Shown: positions 1 through 9,631 of the stretch, piece after piece | Position numbering within the stretch: the first letter of the stretch is position 1 | How the letters are laid out: every line of letters starts with the position of its first letter | Source of the DNA: an uncultured Verrucomicrobiae bacterium | GTDB lineage: Bacteria; Verrucomicrobiota; Verrucomicrobiia; Limisphaerales; JAFGQR01 | Length of the DNA stretch: 64,000 nt | Direction of reading: 5' to 3' | NCBI GenBank assembly: GCA_963788655.1 | Contig: CAWBHS010000039.1 | Location: 32,001 to 96,000 of the forward strand | Translations under genes and position numbers: made by a program | Notes under the pieces: model-generated | Databases searched by the model: none | What the model saw: the letters and a program-made list of their open reading frames with translations, nothing else | What the model was told of the DNA's origin: nothing

Positions 1-299
1 CAACGGGAATCCTGAGGCCGATACCGATTTGCGGGATAAGGAAAACGTGCCGTTGCTGGACAGAGATCCATGGGTTATTCGAAACCGGGAAGTGAAACCA
101 CATGTGCCGGACGCCTGGGTAAATCAGACTGTCGGTGGATCCCAAAGATGGTGAGATTGGCCGGGTCGGGTACGAGATCAATTTCAATCGCTATTTTTAC
201 ACCTACTTGCCGACCTCCGCCGCTGAAGAGATTCGAGAGGCTAATCAAGACCCTGGAAAAAGGGAAATCATGGCCATGCTCAAAGACATCACCCAATGA
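1..299 (+). CDS. hsdM: Type I R-M methyltransferase subunit M, 3' end (partial, frameshifted)
   Basis: Across frames reads NGNPEADTDLRDKENVPL...EVKPHVPDAW...GYEINFNRYFY...KTLEK...MAMLKDITQ*, a typical HsdM C-terminus. Its TGA overlaps the hsdS ATG (ATGA 296-299). Confidence 0.85.
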
Positions 300-1661
300 G
301 CACCGGGTTGAAGCCGTATCCCAGTTACAAGGACTCCGGCGTCGAGTGGCTTGGGGACATCCCAGAGCATTGGGAAGCTGTCAGAATTAAATGGCTTGTC
401 TCAAAAATTGGCAGCGGGAAATACCACCCAAGGGTGGAGCGCAAATATATTCTGACTCAGGGGTGTTATTCTTGTTCGTAGTCAAAACGTTCATTTCGAT
501 GGATTGAAATTAAACGACGCTGCTCTACATTGATGATGCGATTGATGTAGAGATGAAGTCATCGAGGGTTCAACCCCGTGATGTCCTTTTGAACATCACC
601 GGCGCATCATTGGGGGCAGATGTTGTTCAGTTCCGTGATACACAGCAAGCGAATGTAAATCAGCATGTCTGCATCATTCGTCCACTTCATCGGCGAATTG
701 AAACGGTGTTCTTGACTGGCAGCCTTTCATCTCCGTCCGGTTCAAGCTCAAATATTCGCCGATGAAGTTGGCACATCCCGTGAAGGATTGGCATTCGACA
801 AGGTTGCAAATTTTGTGGTCGCCCTGCCAATTGATTTGGCCGAACAAACCGCCATCGCCGATTTCCTCGACCGTGAAACAGGGAAGCTTGATGCGTTGGT
901 GAAGAAGAAGGAGCGGTTGATCGAGTTGTTGCAGGAAAAGCGCACGGCCCTGATCAGCCACGCCGTCACCAAAGGACTCGATCCCACCGTGCCCATGAAG
1001 GATTCGGGCGTCGAGTGGCTGGGGGAAGTCCCGAGAGCACTGGGAGGTCATGCCTTTTAAGAACCTTTTCCGACTCATCTATCGATACCCTACCTACTAC
1101 AATATCAAATACGTGAATTCTGGTGTGCTCGAAATACGAGGCGAAGCTCTGACAAATGATGGTCGGATTGCCCGGCTTGATGATGAGCGCTATATCGCCA
1201 AAGAAACCAGTGCTCTTTTTCCGCGCACTGTATTGGAACTTGGTGACATTGTGATGTCGGTGCGTGGCACAATGGGCAAAATTGGGGTAGTTGAGCAAGA
1301 CTGTGTTGGCGGCAATATCACTGCTAACTTGCTCCGCTTGTCTCCGAAGCGAACTGTAACATCCGGTCATTTTTTGAGATGGCTATTATTGAGCACATAC
1401 TTCGGTCAGTCCTTGGATCGTTGTGCCCCACAGACCACAATCAAAACCGTGACTATTCCTCAACTTTCTCAAATTGGGCTTCCGGTTCCGCCTTTTGGAG
1501 AGCAGCTAACTGTCGTCGATTTTCTTGACCAAGAAACCACGAGACTCGACGCCCTCGCCGCCAAAGTCCGCACCGCCATCGAGCGGTTGCAGGAATATCG
1601 AACGGCGCTAATCTCGGCGGCAGTCACGGGGAAAATCGATGTCAGGAATCAAATCGAATGA
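296..1661 (+). CDS. hsdS: Type I R-M specificity subunit S (frameshifted in this assembly)
   Basis: Two copies of the conserved KDSGVEWLG.[IV]P motif (about 329 and 998), two variable TRDs, and helical spacers EQ.AIADFLD.ET...LQE.R.ALIS.AVT. ORF pieces 296, 553, 788, 1050. Confidence 0.92.
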
Positions 1662-1705
1662 GTGATATAAAGCTATTCCAGATCAACGGTACCTAAGGGC
1701 GGTTA

Positions 1706-4700
1706 ATGGACACCACCGAAAAAAACTTCGAAGCCAGCATCGAGGAAACGTTGATCCGCGATCCGTTTGCTGACACCGGCGGTTCCGTCCAACCTTTCAA
1801 AGAACCGCCAACCAGTTCCACGTTTATTCCCGGCGGCTACCAGAAACGGAAACCGGAGGATTACGACCGTTCCCTGTGCCTGGTTCCCGGTGACGTTCTG
1901 GATTTCATTTACGCCTCCCAGCCGAAGGAATGGGACAAAATGCGCAAGCAGCATGGAGCCGACGCCAAGAACCTGCTGCTTCATCGCTTGGCCTCCGAAA
2001 TCAAAAAGCGGGGCACCCTCGAAGTGCTGCGCAAAGGGATCAAAGCCAATGGGTGCAAATTCCGGTTGGCCTATTTCCGTCCGGCCAGTGGGTTGAATGA
2101 ATCCTTGCAAAAGCTGTATCGGGCCAATGTCTTTTCCATCGTCCGCCAACTCAAATACAGCCAGCAGAACAGCAACAGTCTGGATCTGGTCCTCTTCCTA
2201 AACGGGCTGCCCATCTTCACCGCCGAGCTGAAGAATCCGCTCAACGGCCAGAACGTGGAAACGCCATCCGGCAATACCGGCGAGACCGTGATCCCGAGAG
2301 CCGCTCCTCGGCCATCGCCGCTGCCTGGCTCACTTCGCCGTCGATCCGAATCTCGTGTACGTCACGACTCTCGGGGCACCAAGACGCGCTTCCTCCCATT
2401 CAACCATGGCAACGGCCGGCGGCGGGGAATCCCCCAGCCTGGCGCGGTTTCGCCACGGCCTACCTCTGGGAGCAGGTCTGGGCTCGGGACAGCGTGCTCA
2501 ACCTCATCCAACACTTCATTCACGAGACCCAGGACGAAGACGAGCAGGGCCGGCGGTGGGGCCAAAACGTTTGATCTTTCCGCGCTATCACCAGCTCGAT
2601 GCGGTGCGGCGACTGGTCGCGGATGCCCGCGAGACGGGACCCGGGCATTGGTACCTCATCGAGCACAGCGCCGGGAGTGGCAAGAGCAACTCCATCGCCT
2701 GGCTCGCCCATCAGCTGTCGAGCCTTCACAGCGAACAATCAGCGCGTCTTCGATTCGATCATCGTGGTGACTGATCGACGGGTGCTGGATCGCCAGCTGC
2801 AGAACACGATCCGCCAGTTCGAGCAGACGCTGGGAGTCGTCGAGAACATCGACAAGAACTCGAAGCAGCTGAAGACACGCGCTGGAAGAGGGCAAGAACA
2901 TCGTCGTCACCACCCTGCAGAAGTTCCCGGTGATCGTCAGCGAGATCGGCACGCTCCCAGGCACTCGTTTTGCCGTCATCATCGACGAGGCCCACTCGTC
3001 ACAGTCCGGAGAAGGCTCGAAGCATCTCAAGGAAGTGCTGAGCGCGTCCAGTTGGATGAGGCCGAGCAGGAGGAGGCTGGGGACGAGGAAGACTACGAGG
3101 ACCGCATCGCCGCCGAGATGGCGCATCGGGGCCGGCTCCCCAACCTGAGCTTCTTCGCCTTCACCGCCACCCCCAAGCCCAAGACCCTGGAACTGTTTGG
3201 CACGCGGCAGCCCGACGGTTCGTTTGTGCCATTCAGCCTCTACTCGATGCGCCAGGCCATCGAGGAGGGTTTCATCCTCGACGTGCTGGAGAACTACACG
3301 ACCTTCAAGACCTACTTCAACCTACTGAAGCGGATCGAAGACGACCCGAGTTACGACCGCGACAAGGCCATCTACCTGCTCCGTTCTTTTGTCGACCTCC
3401 ACGAACATGCCATCAAAAGAAGGTCGAGATCATGATCGACCATTTCACGGAGAAGTCGATGTCGCGCATCAACGGCAGAGCCAAGGCCATGATCGTGACA
3501 CGATCCCGCCTCCACGCGGTGCGCTACAAGCTGGCCGTTGACCGGTATCTACGCGAGAAAGGATACGCCTTCAAGGTGCTGGTCGCGTTCTCCGGAACGG
3601 TGCGGGACGGCGGCATTCGACTACACCGAGTCGAACATGAACGGCTTTCCCGAGACACAGACGGCGGAGACCTTCAAGCGGGACGAGAATCGCATCCTGA
3701 TCGTGGCCAACAAGTTCCAGACCGGCTTTGATCAGCCCTTGCTCCACACCATGTACGTGGACAAGAAGCTGGGCGGAGTCAACGCCGTGCAGACACTGTG
3801 CCGACTGAACCGCGTGCATCCTGACAAAGACCGAGACGATGGTGCTGGATTTTGCCAACGAAGCCGAGGACATCCAGCAGGCGTTCCAGCCCTATTACGA
3901 GCGACCCTGTTGAAAGAAGCCACCGACCCCAACCTGCTTCACGATCTGCAAAATCGCCTCGAACGCTTTCACCTGTTCACCGAAGCCGAAGTCGAACGGT
4001 TCGCCCAAATCTATTTCGCCCCCAAATCCACGCAGGACAAATTGTATGCCGCCCTGGCTCCCATCAAGGACCGCTACGGGGCTTTGGAACCGGACGAACG
4101 ATCCGAGTTCCGGGGTTGCCTGGATGATTATGTCCGGCTGTATGCCTTCCTGTCGCAGGTCGTGCCCTTCGTGGATACCGAACTGGAAAAACTCTACGTG
4201 TTCACCAAGCTGTTATGGCGCATCTTGCCGCCGCCGGACCGTGGACGTTTACCCGTGCAGGTCCAGGAACAAATTGATCTGGATTCGCTGCGAGTATCAA
4301 AAACGGGAGGCGGCAAAATCAAATTGGAACGGGGCACAGAAGAACTCGATCCGATGAAGCCCAAGAGTGGCAGTGGGTCCATGGCCGCGGAGATCGAACC
4401 ACTGTCCCAAATCATCGAAGAACTGAACGAACGTTTTGGAACCAACTTCACCGAGCAGGATCGAGTTTTTATCGAGCAACTGGAAGAACGCATTGCCAAC
4501 GATTCATCCTTGGAAGCCAGCATCCGCGTCAATCCCCCCGAAGACGCCCGCCTGACCTTCGATCATGTCATCAACGACCGCCTGCAAGAAATGATCGATT
4601 CCAACTTCAAATTCTACAAGCAAGTCACCGACGACACCGATTTCGCCAATTTCTTTGTGGGCTGGCTATTCAAACGCTACTACGAGAAGAAGAAGCTGGG

Positions 4701-4716
4701 CGAAGACCGGAAATAG
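1706..4716 (+). CDS. hsdR: Type I R-M restriction subunit R (frameshifted)
   Basis: Nuclease motif DLVLFLNGLPIFTAELKN, Walker A HSAGSGKS, VVTDR, IIDEAHSSQ, FAFTATPK, KFQTGFDQP and QTLCRLNR helicase motifs, spread over several frames. Confidence 0.93.
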
Positions 4717-4792
4717 AATCCGTGCAGATGCATCGGATAGTCTGCCCTTACCGCTAATACTGGCTCCGCTTCGCTCCGCAGCAATACACCCT

Positions 4793-5110
4793 TTATTGTT
4801 GGGCACCCATCTCGTCGTTGGATGCCGATCTTATTACGTCATACGGAAGCAAGAGCGTGTCTATGGCAATGGAAATGGGGAAATCAATTATCCCGACTAA
4901 ACAAGCACCCGCCTTCTTCCCAGCCGACCCTTCAAAGGAGCTACGGAAGGGCGCTGTCATAAGGCTGCCGTCAACGTACGTAGCGGCATATACGGGTGGA
5001 AAGTCATCGCTGGCCTGACTGCGCCACGCTGGAACCCTTGTGGAAATGGTCCCGCATCCTACGCAGAGGAAGTAGGCGACGACGGGAGCGAGAGCGCGGA
5101 AAACAGTCAT
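4793..5110 (-). CDS. YceK/YidQ-family lipoprotein (cassette gene)
   Basis: Lipobox-like CVGC-GTI, VYAAT.VD and the family-typical IIDFPISIAIDTLLLPYD. Starts just downstream of the attC at 5126-5248. Confidence 0.7.
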   Translation of the reverse strand: MTVFRALAPVVAYFLCVGCGTISTRVPAWRSQASDDFPPVYAATYVDGSLMTAPFRSSFEGSAGKKAGACLVGIIDFPISIAIDTLLLPYDVIRSASNDEMGAQQ

Positions 5111-5125
5111 AGCGTGAAATGCTTT

Positions 5126-5248
5126 ACCCAACGAGATGACCGACAGCCCTGTAAGCGCCAGCACGGACTGGAAATGTGAGCATCGAGTTTCATTACCAAC
5201 GTACACTGCGAGACGGGTGGGCTGTTCGGTCCATCGCACTGGTTGGGC
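5126..5248 (-). mobile_element. attC-like integron cassette recombination site
   Basis: Minus strand reads GCCCAAC...GACCGAACAGCCC...GGGCTGTCGGTC...GTTGGGT: R''/R' boxes plus inner arms with an unpaired base. Confidence 0.75.
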
Positions 5249-5287
5249 GATTTCGCATGGAGCTTTTGTTTCCGACAGACATTGCCA

Positions 5288-5518
5288 CTATGATGCTGCT
5301 CCCGGCGACAAGAAGCAGTAGAATACCGACGACATCCAAGCCGGAACACCGTTTCTATGTGAACCAAGTATGATGTCATGGTGAACAGCGAAGTAGATGA
5401 AGGCTGCGAGAGGCGGAAGCGTTGGCACGCTGATAGCCAACCATCGAGGTGCCCTGCAAAGCCTTAGAATCACGGTCAACGTGATAACACCGGTTACGAT
5501 AACTGTAAGTAAACGCAT
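5288..5518 (-). CDS. Small hydrophobic membrane protein (cassette gene, 3' end possibly frameshifted)
   Basis: ATG 12 nt after the attC R' box; hydrophobic segments MRLLTVIVTGVITLTVIL and LAISVPTLPPLAAFIYF. Confidence 0.5.
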   Translation of the reverse strand: MRLLTVIVTGVITLTVILRLCRAPRWLAISVPTLPPLAAFIYFAVHHDIILGSHRNGVPAWMSSVFYCFLSPGAAS

Positions 5519-5529
5519 GATCTGCTTAC

Positions 5530-5655
5530 GCCGAACGATCAAGGTGAGCCACAGGTGCTGGCAGTGCGCTCCCGACGAAGAACAAAACCGTCGAGTTACC
5601 CAAGACGTCGCAACCGCTGTAACGGGCACCTGTTGGCTCCACTGACTGGTTGGGT
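5530..5655 (-). mobile_element. attC-like site
   Basis: Minus strand reads ACCCAACCAGTCAGTGGAGCCAACAGGTGC...GCACCTGTGGCTCACCTTGATCGTTCGGC. Confidence 0.8.
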
Positions 5656-5662
5656 GATTTCA

Positions 5663-5947
5663 TTATCCGATTCTGCTGTTGCCTTCCCAGCCCTCTCCGA
5701 ACATATCCTCCATCCACGAACCGTAATCCCGCAAATACTCCTTCCGTTTTGGACCTGCCTCCTCTTCGGCAAATGCCCGCCGTGCTGCTTCCGCGAGCGC
5801 GTCCTTCGCCTCCTCGGTCGCGCCTTGGAGATAAGACGCGATGTCCTCAAGCGCGTGAACATCATCATCGAGATGTTCTTCTGTCGGATCAGGCAGACAG
5901 TTGATGTACGCAACTGCGTGAACTAATGCATCGGCGATTGCTTTCAT
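5663..5947 (-). CDS. Acidic helical hypothetical protein, 94 aa (cassette gene)
   Basis: Intact ORF MKAIADALVHAVAY...GNSRIG that fills the space between two attC sites. Confidence 0.7.
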   Translation of the reverse strand: MKAIADALVHAVAYINCLPDPTEEHLDDDVHALEDIASYLQGATEEAKDALAEAARRAFAEEEAGPKRKEYLRDYGSWMEDMFGEGWEGNSRIG

Positions 5948-5959
5948 AAGCGCGACCCC

Positions 5960-6049
5960 ACCCAATGATGAGCGCAGCCACGCCGGGCCAAGTGCGTCCG
6001 ATTGAAACCCTGGCATTCTCCCGGCGTTGGCTGGCGCGACTTGTTGGGC
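5960..6049 (-). mobile_element. attC-like site (R' box degenerate, ATT instead of GTT)
   Basis: Minus strand reads GCCCAACAAGTCGCGCCAGCCAACGCCGGG...CCCGGCGTGGCTGCGCTCATCATTGGGT. Confidence 0.75.
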
Positions 6050-6052
6050 ATG

Positions 6053-6291
6053 TTAATCGGTTTTCGGCGTTATCACCACTCCGGCTGCGTAGACCCATTG
6101 GCTGATCGTCTTGTCAGTTCTCATCTCAATCCAATCGCCATGGATTATAACTCGGTCCACCTGGTAAATAGTGTTGCCCACCTTAACATCGTAGCGCTTT
6201 GCTGGGGAATCGGAGGAGAACTGGCGCAGCCTGAAAGTAGCAGACCAGCGAGTGCGCATGTGACTAGCGGGATGATGACTGAGTGTTTCAT
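6053..6291 (-). CDS. Small lipoprotein (cassette gene, one frameshift)
   Basis: MKHSVIIPLVTCALAGLLLSGC lipobox, then continues in an adjacent frame as AKRYDVKVGNTIYQVD...TPKTD*. Confidence 0.6.
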
Positions 6292-6327
6292 TTTGTTGTG
6301 CTTGAATTCAGTGAGGTGGCATCTGAT

Positions 6328-6446
6328 GCCCAACGCAAAGCTCAGCGACTGCCGGGAAGGGCCCGTCACTCGCAAGGTAAATGTTCAATTTGTTGTCAGA
6401 CCCAATCGAGAGCGGGTCGGCCGTTCGCTGAACCGCCTGGTTAGAC
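6328..6446 (-). mobile_element. attC-like site
   Basis: Minus strand reads GTCTAACCAGGCGGTTCAGCGAACGGCCG...CCGGCAGTCGCTGAGCTTTGCGTTGGGC, with canonical RYYYAAC/GTTRRRY boxes. Confidence 0.85.
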
Positions 6447-6450
6447 CACG

Positions 6451-6790
6451 TCAGTCTCTTGAACCAAAATCCTCCGCGTCGGGAGTCATGCACTGCTGTA
6501 TCCATCTGCATCCAACGTATCAAACAGCGAAGTGTTCGGCCACTCCGGTCGCGTCTCTCGTGCGTAGGTGAGATGAACGACGGCAAACTGCGGAACAGAC
6601 TCGCCAAGAATTAAACAAACACATCGTCGCAGTCCTGACGGCGGCCAATGGTCTGAACCTTGCGCCCCAACAGAACGTGGCCCGCTGGCATCTCGCGATG
6701 TAGCTCTGCAACAGTCCCAGCGTCCTGCTCCGGTGGAACTGGCCACCAAGGAACACGCCACTGAATCTGAGCCGGGTCGAACTTGGTCAT
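6451..6790 (-). CDS. Hypothetical protein (cassette gene, frameshifted)
   Basis: Joined frames give MTKFDPAQIQWRVPW...ELHREMPAGHVL..RKVQTIGRRQDCDDV...AVVHLTYARETRPEWPNTSLF...WIQQCMTPDAEDFGSRD*, a coherent ~112-aa protein between attC sites. Confidence 0.6.
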
Positions 6791-6803
6791 GATGTGCGAA
6801 GTG

Positions 6804-6897
6804 GTCTAACGTCCCGGCTCACCGACGCCGGGCCAATGGTGTTCGATTGTCAAACCGAGACGCAATCCCGGCGTTCGGTGCAGCCGGCTGGTTCGGC
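6804..6897 (-). mobile_element. attC-like site
   Basis: Minus strand reads GCCGAACCAGCCGGCTGCACCGAACGCCGGG...CCCGGCGTCGGTGAGCCGGGACGTTAGAC. Confidence 0.85.
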
Positions 6898-8639
6898 GTA
6901 ACTGCAAGAAAATCTATCCGAGGGCCTTGAGGTGGGCACGCCATCACCGCAGCGATAAAACTCCTTCGGCGGCAAATAACAATGCGGCCTCAATGTAGTG
7001 AACTATCAACTCCGGGGCCACATATTTCAGCGATAGGAGTGGGAATCCAGACATTGTGGCTGCCTGCTGCGCGGGGGCCGGGTCGCTACAGAAATTCACA
7101 CCTATAGAAAGCCCAGTCGCCATCACGAGGTTCCCACGACTTGCGGGGCGTGCTCAGCGGGGCAGCCTATCCACAAATGCAGTTCATCGGCCTCTCCGAT
7201 AGTGAAAGGGTGGTGGGGCGGGGCCAAAAGAAAGTCCAGAGAAAGCGCCACTGCGCCTCCACACAGCCAGAAACCAACCGGCTCAGGCGGACCTGAGCCA
7301 CTGAAATCCACTATGGGACACTCATTTTGAAAAGGTCCGCGTAAAACATGGCATGTGCGCTCAAGCCTAACAATGATTATACGAACCATCGGTTCGTATC
7401 TTGAACGAACCAAACTCCAATGGTAATTCCATGCATGGCAGCAGATTAGGTCAATTGTCAGCCCATGTCAACCCTTTAAATCACCCCCCTGGAAAGCGCA
7501 ATTTTCCCGATGAGCTTCCGGTTCGTATATCCGGTTCGTATATTCAACCATGCAAATCCAAGACGCAATTCGTTCCCTGCGAGAGGCTTGTGCTTGCCGG
7601 CACCTCTCCCTCAACACCGAAAAAGCCTACTGCCAACGAGTCGCAAGGTTTGTCACTTGATCCGCAACCCCACCAACGCCCGTGCAATCTGTCGAAGGCT
7701 TACCCGGTATTCCAAAAACCAAATTTGGTAAAGCAGCCTTCCTCGTTCGAACCGCACCTCGAAAAGCCCCCCTCCCCCCATCGGCGCACCCGGTATCCAG
7801 GGTAGAAACATGCTTTCTTTGGCCGCAAGAAACAGCCGTGGCACGGGTGGCACCCTGATCGGAGGTAAGGGCCAGGCGGAGCAGCACCCCATGCCGGGCC
7901 AACCGGGCAACCTGGCCTCTGGGCTCGGCCCAGACCACGACCTGGCACCAAGGCCGCCATGCGCATCCGAGCACGGGCCATCCGGCGGTGTGGTGAACTG
8001 CTCAAAGAGGTTGAGGCAAAGGCGAGCGTTGCAAGAAAGGTGTAGAGGCAAACCTTTCACCTTAGGTCAAGGATGCCGACCATGAAGCAGGCATGTCCAA
8101 AGATCAAGGAACACCAAGCTCTTGGCCTTACCAACATCGCGGCGAATCTTTCAGCGGCAGGTTGAAAGCGACCAACCAAAATCGGCGCTGCCTTGGGTGA
8201 CGATCAACTGCGAATTCTAAAACTCACCACCATCAGACGGCACCTGGCCCCTGGGCTCGCCTCGGACCACGACCGGCAGGCGGAAGGGCCAGCGTCGTGA
8301 AGGTCGAGCGCCACTCGAATGACGGCACCTGTTCCTCTGCCCCCTGGCGACCAAGGCACTCGCAGCCTTGCTCGCTGGCGGGCTGCTGTGGGCTTGGATA
8401 CTGCGGGTGGGGCCATCGCACCCCTGACGGTTCTCGAAGCCGTGCCGCCCTATCCACACGACGCCATGAAGCCTGTGTCAGGGATCGCCGCCAAGACGAC
8501 AGTCATCTACCGATCTTGGTCGTCCAACAGTCAAAGCCGAAGGGGGCGTAACCACGATTGAAAACCTGAAATGGGGACAGAAAGGGGACAGACGTTTTTT
8601 CTTGGGACAACGAATTATTTACAACGACTTGATTATGAA

Positions 8640-8716
8640 TGGCGCGTCCGGCAGGACTTGAACCTGCAACCTTCTGATCCGAAGTCAGAAGCTCTATCCA
8701 ATTGAGCTACGGACGC
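8640..8716 (-). tRNA. tRNA-Arg (anticodon UCG) with encoded CCA
   Basis: GCGTCCG acceptor stem, D arm TAGCTCAATTGGATAGAGC, anticodon arm TCTGA-CTTCGGA-TCAGA, T arm GCAGGTTCAAGTCCTGC, 3' GCCA. Confidence 0.96.
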
Positions 8717-8745
8717 GTCAAAGCATGGCACTTGATGGCGCAACC

Positions 8746-9096
8746 TTAACCGGAGCACCCAGTCGGGTCAACTGCTGCCTGCAGACCGGTTTGCACGTCA
8801 ACGGTGCCTGGCACCTGCGCGGGCGCACTCCGCTTTTTTAGCCTCTCCTCCCATTTCGTTGGTAGGACACAGCTTTTGATCCATTCGGTTGAAGAAATGC
8901 CGATCAAGAGTCCCCGCCAAATACGGGCGGCTTCGTCCGGCATAAACAGGGAAATCCATTCCAGCGCCTCCATACGGTCGGCCATCGTTCCGCCCCGCAG
9001 TTCAATGCGCCCGTCCACTTTCACCAGTCGCGCTTCCCCGAAGGAAGCGATCACCACACCGGCGGCACCCCAGTTCTCAATGACTTGGTTTTTCAT
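8746..9096 (-). CDS. Hypothetical protein
   Basis: MKNQVIENWGAAGVVIASFGEARLVKVDGRIELRGGTMADRMEALEWISLFMP looks globular; true 3' end uncertain. Confidence 0.5.
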   Translation of the reverse strand: MKNQVIENWGAAGVVIASFGEARLVKVDGRIELRGGTMADRMEALEWISLFMPDEAARIWRGLLIGISSTEWIKSCVLPTKWEERLKKRSAPAQVPGTVDVQTGLQAAVDPTGCSG

Positions 9097-9202
9097 GGCG
9101 CAATTCAGGCCCAGGGGTGGGACAACGACGGGGGAACCCCAGAAGATAATCGGCAAAAAGTTTTTGCGGTTTCTTGTCGGTTCCACCGAGCCAAGGCGAC
9201 TT

Positions 9203-9373
9203 GGTGGGGCGCGGCTCTGTCGAGCCTCGAGTTTTCCAAATTATGTCTGCCCCGCGAAGCGATCAAAAGATAATTCCTGACATTCGCATCGCCGAAGGCT
9301 TCCCTGCGGTTGCGGTTTCGGGTATTCGATGACCATGCGGAAAAGTTAGGGCGCGACGGAGTCTCGCCCTACC
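9203..9373. repeat. REP-like inverted pair, family GGTAGGGCGAGACTCCGTCGAGCC
   Basis: Arms at 9203-9226 and 9347-9373. The same family occurs at 27295-27338 and as a half-site at 13481-13505. Confidence 0.6.
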
Positions 9374-9397
9374 GGGTGGCGCCCTGGGAAAATGAAT

Positions 9398-9533
9398 TTG
9401 CCATACCCTGCTCGGTTCCGTAGGTTCCCGCGGTGCTGGGACACGCGAAAAGACTGCCGACAACGTTTTAGCGTCCGAGGAAATACCGCGGACGCCAACG
9501 CCTCAGACTCGCGGGTCCGAGGCGTTTTTGTTT
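9398..9533 (+). promoter_or_regulatory. thrS promoter plus putative attenuator (leader peptide MLGHAKRLPTTF, alternative hairpins, terminator)
   Basis: TTGCCA-17-TAGGTT; GTG at 9433, 6 nt after the -10 box; ACA-ACG Thr codons; TAG at 9469-9471; hairpin 9471-9495; terminator stem 9497-9526 followed by a T-tract. Confidence 0.6.
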
Positions 9534-9631
9534 CCTGGCATAGTCCTGCCGTCGCACTCTCAGGCGAGCAAGAAAGCGTGAAGCTCATGGGCAGGTTTCG
9601 GCAGATGCGCCCACTGTTGATTGGACAATTT

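Noticed and set aside
329..1026. Invertible (shufflon-type) hsdS
   Set aside because: The repeated [15 protein letters not shown] sequences are direct repeats inherent to HsdS symmetry. There are no inverted repeats, silent TRDs or recombinase nearby.
6898..7440. First cassette gene or attI site upstream of the attC array
   Set aside because: Only short, non-joining ORFs are present and I could not recognise an attI. It may be a decayed cassette, but I cannot support a call.
8297..8551. Tyrosine integrase C-terminal remnant (RHS...WGH) facing the tRNA
   Set aside because: Motif spacing is about 3 residues short, there is no catalytic Tyr in frame and no upstream domains. Too weak to call without an HMM search.
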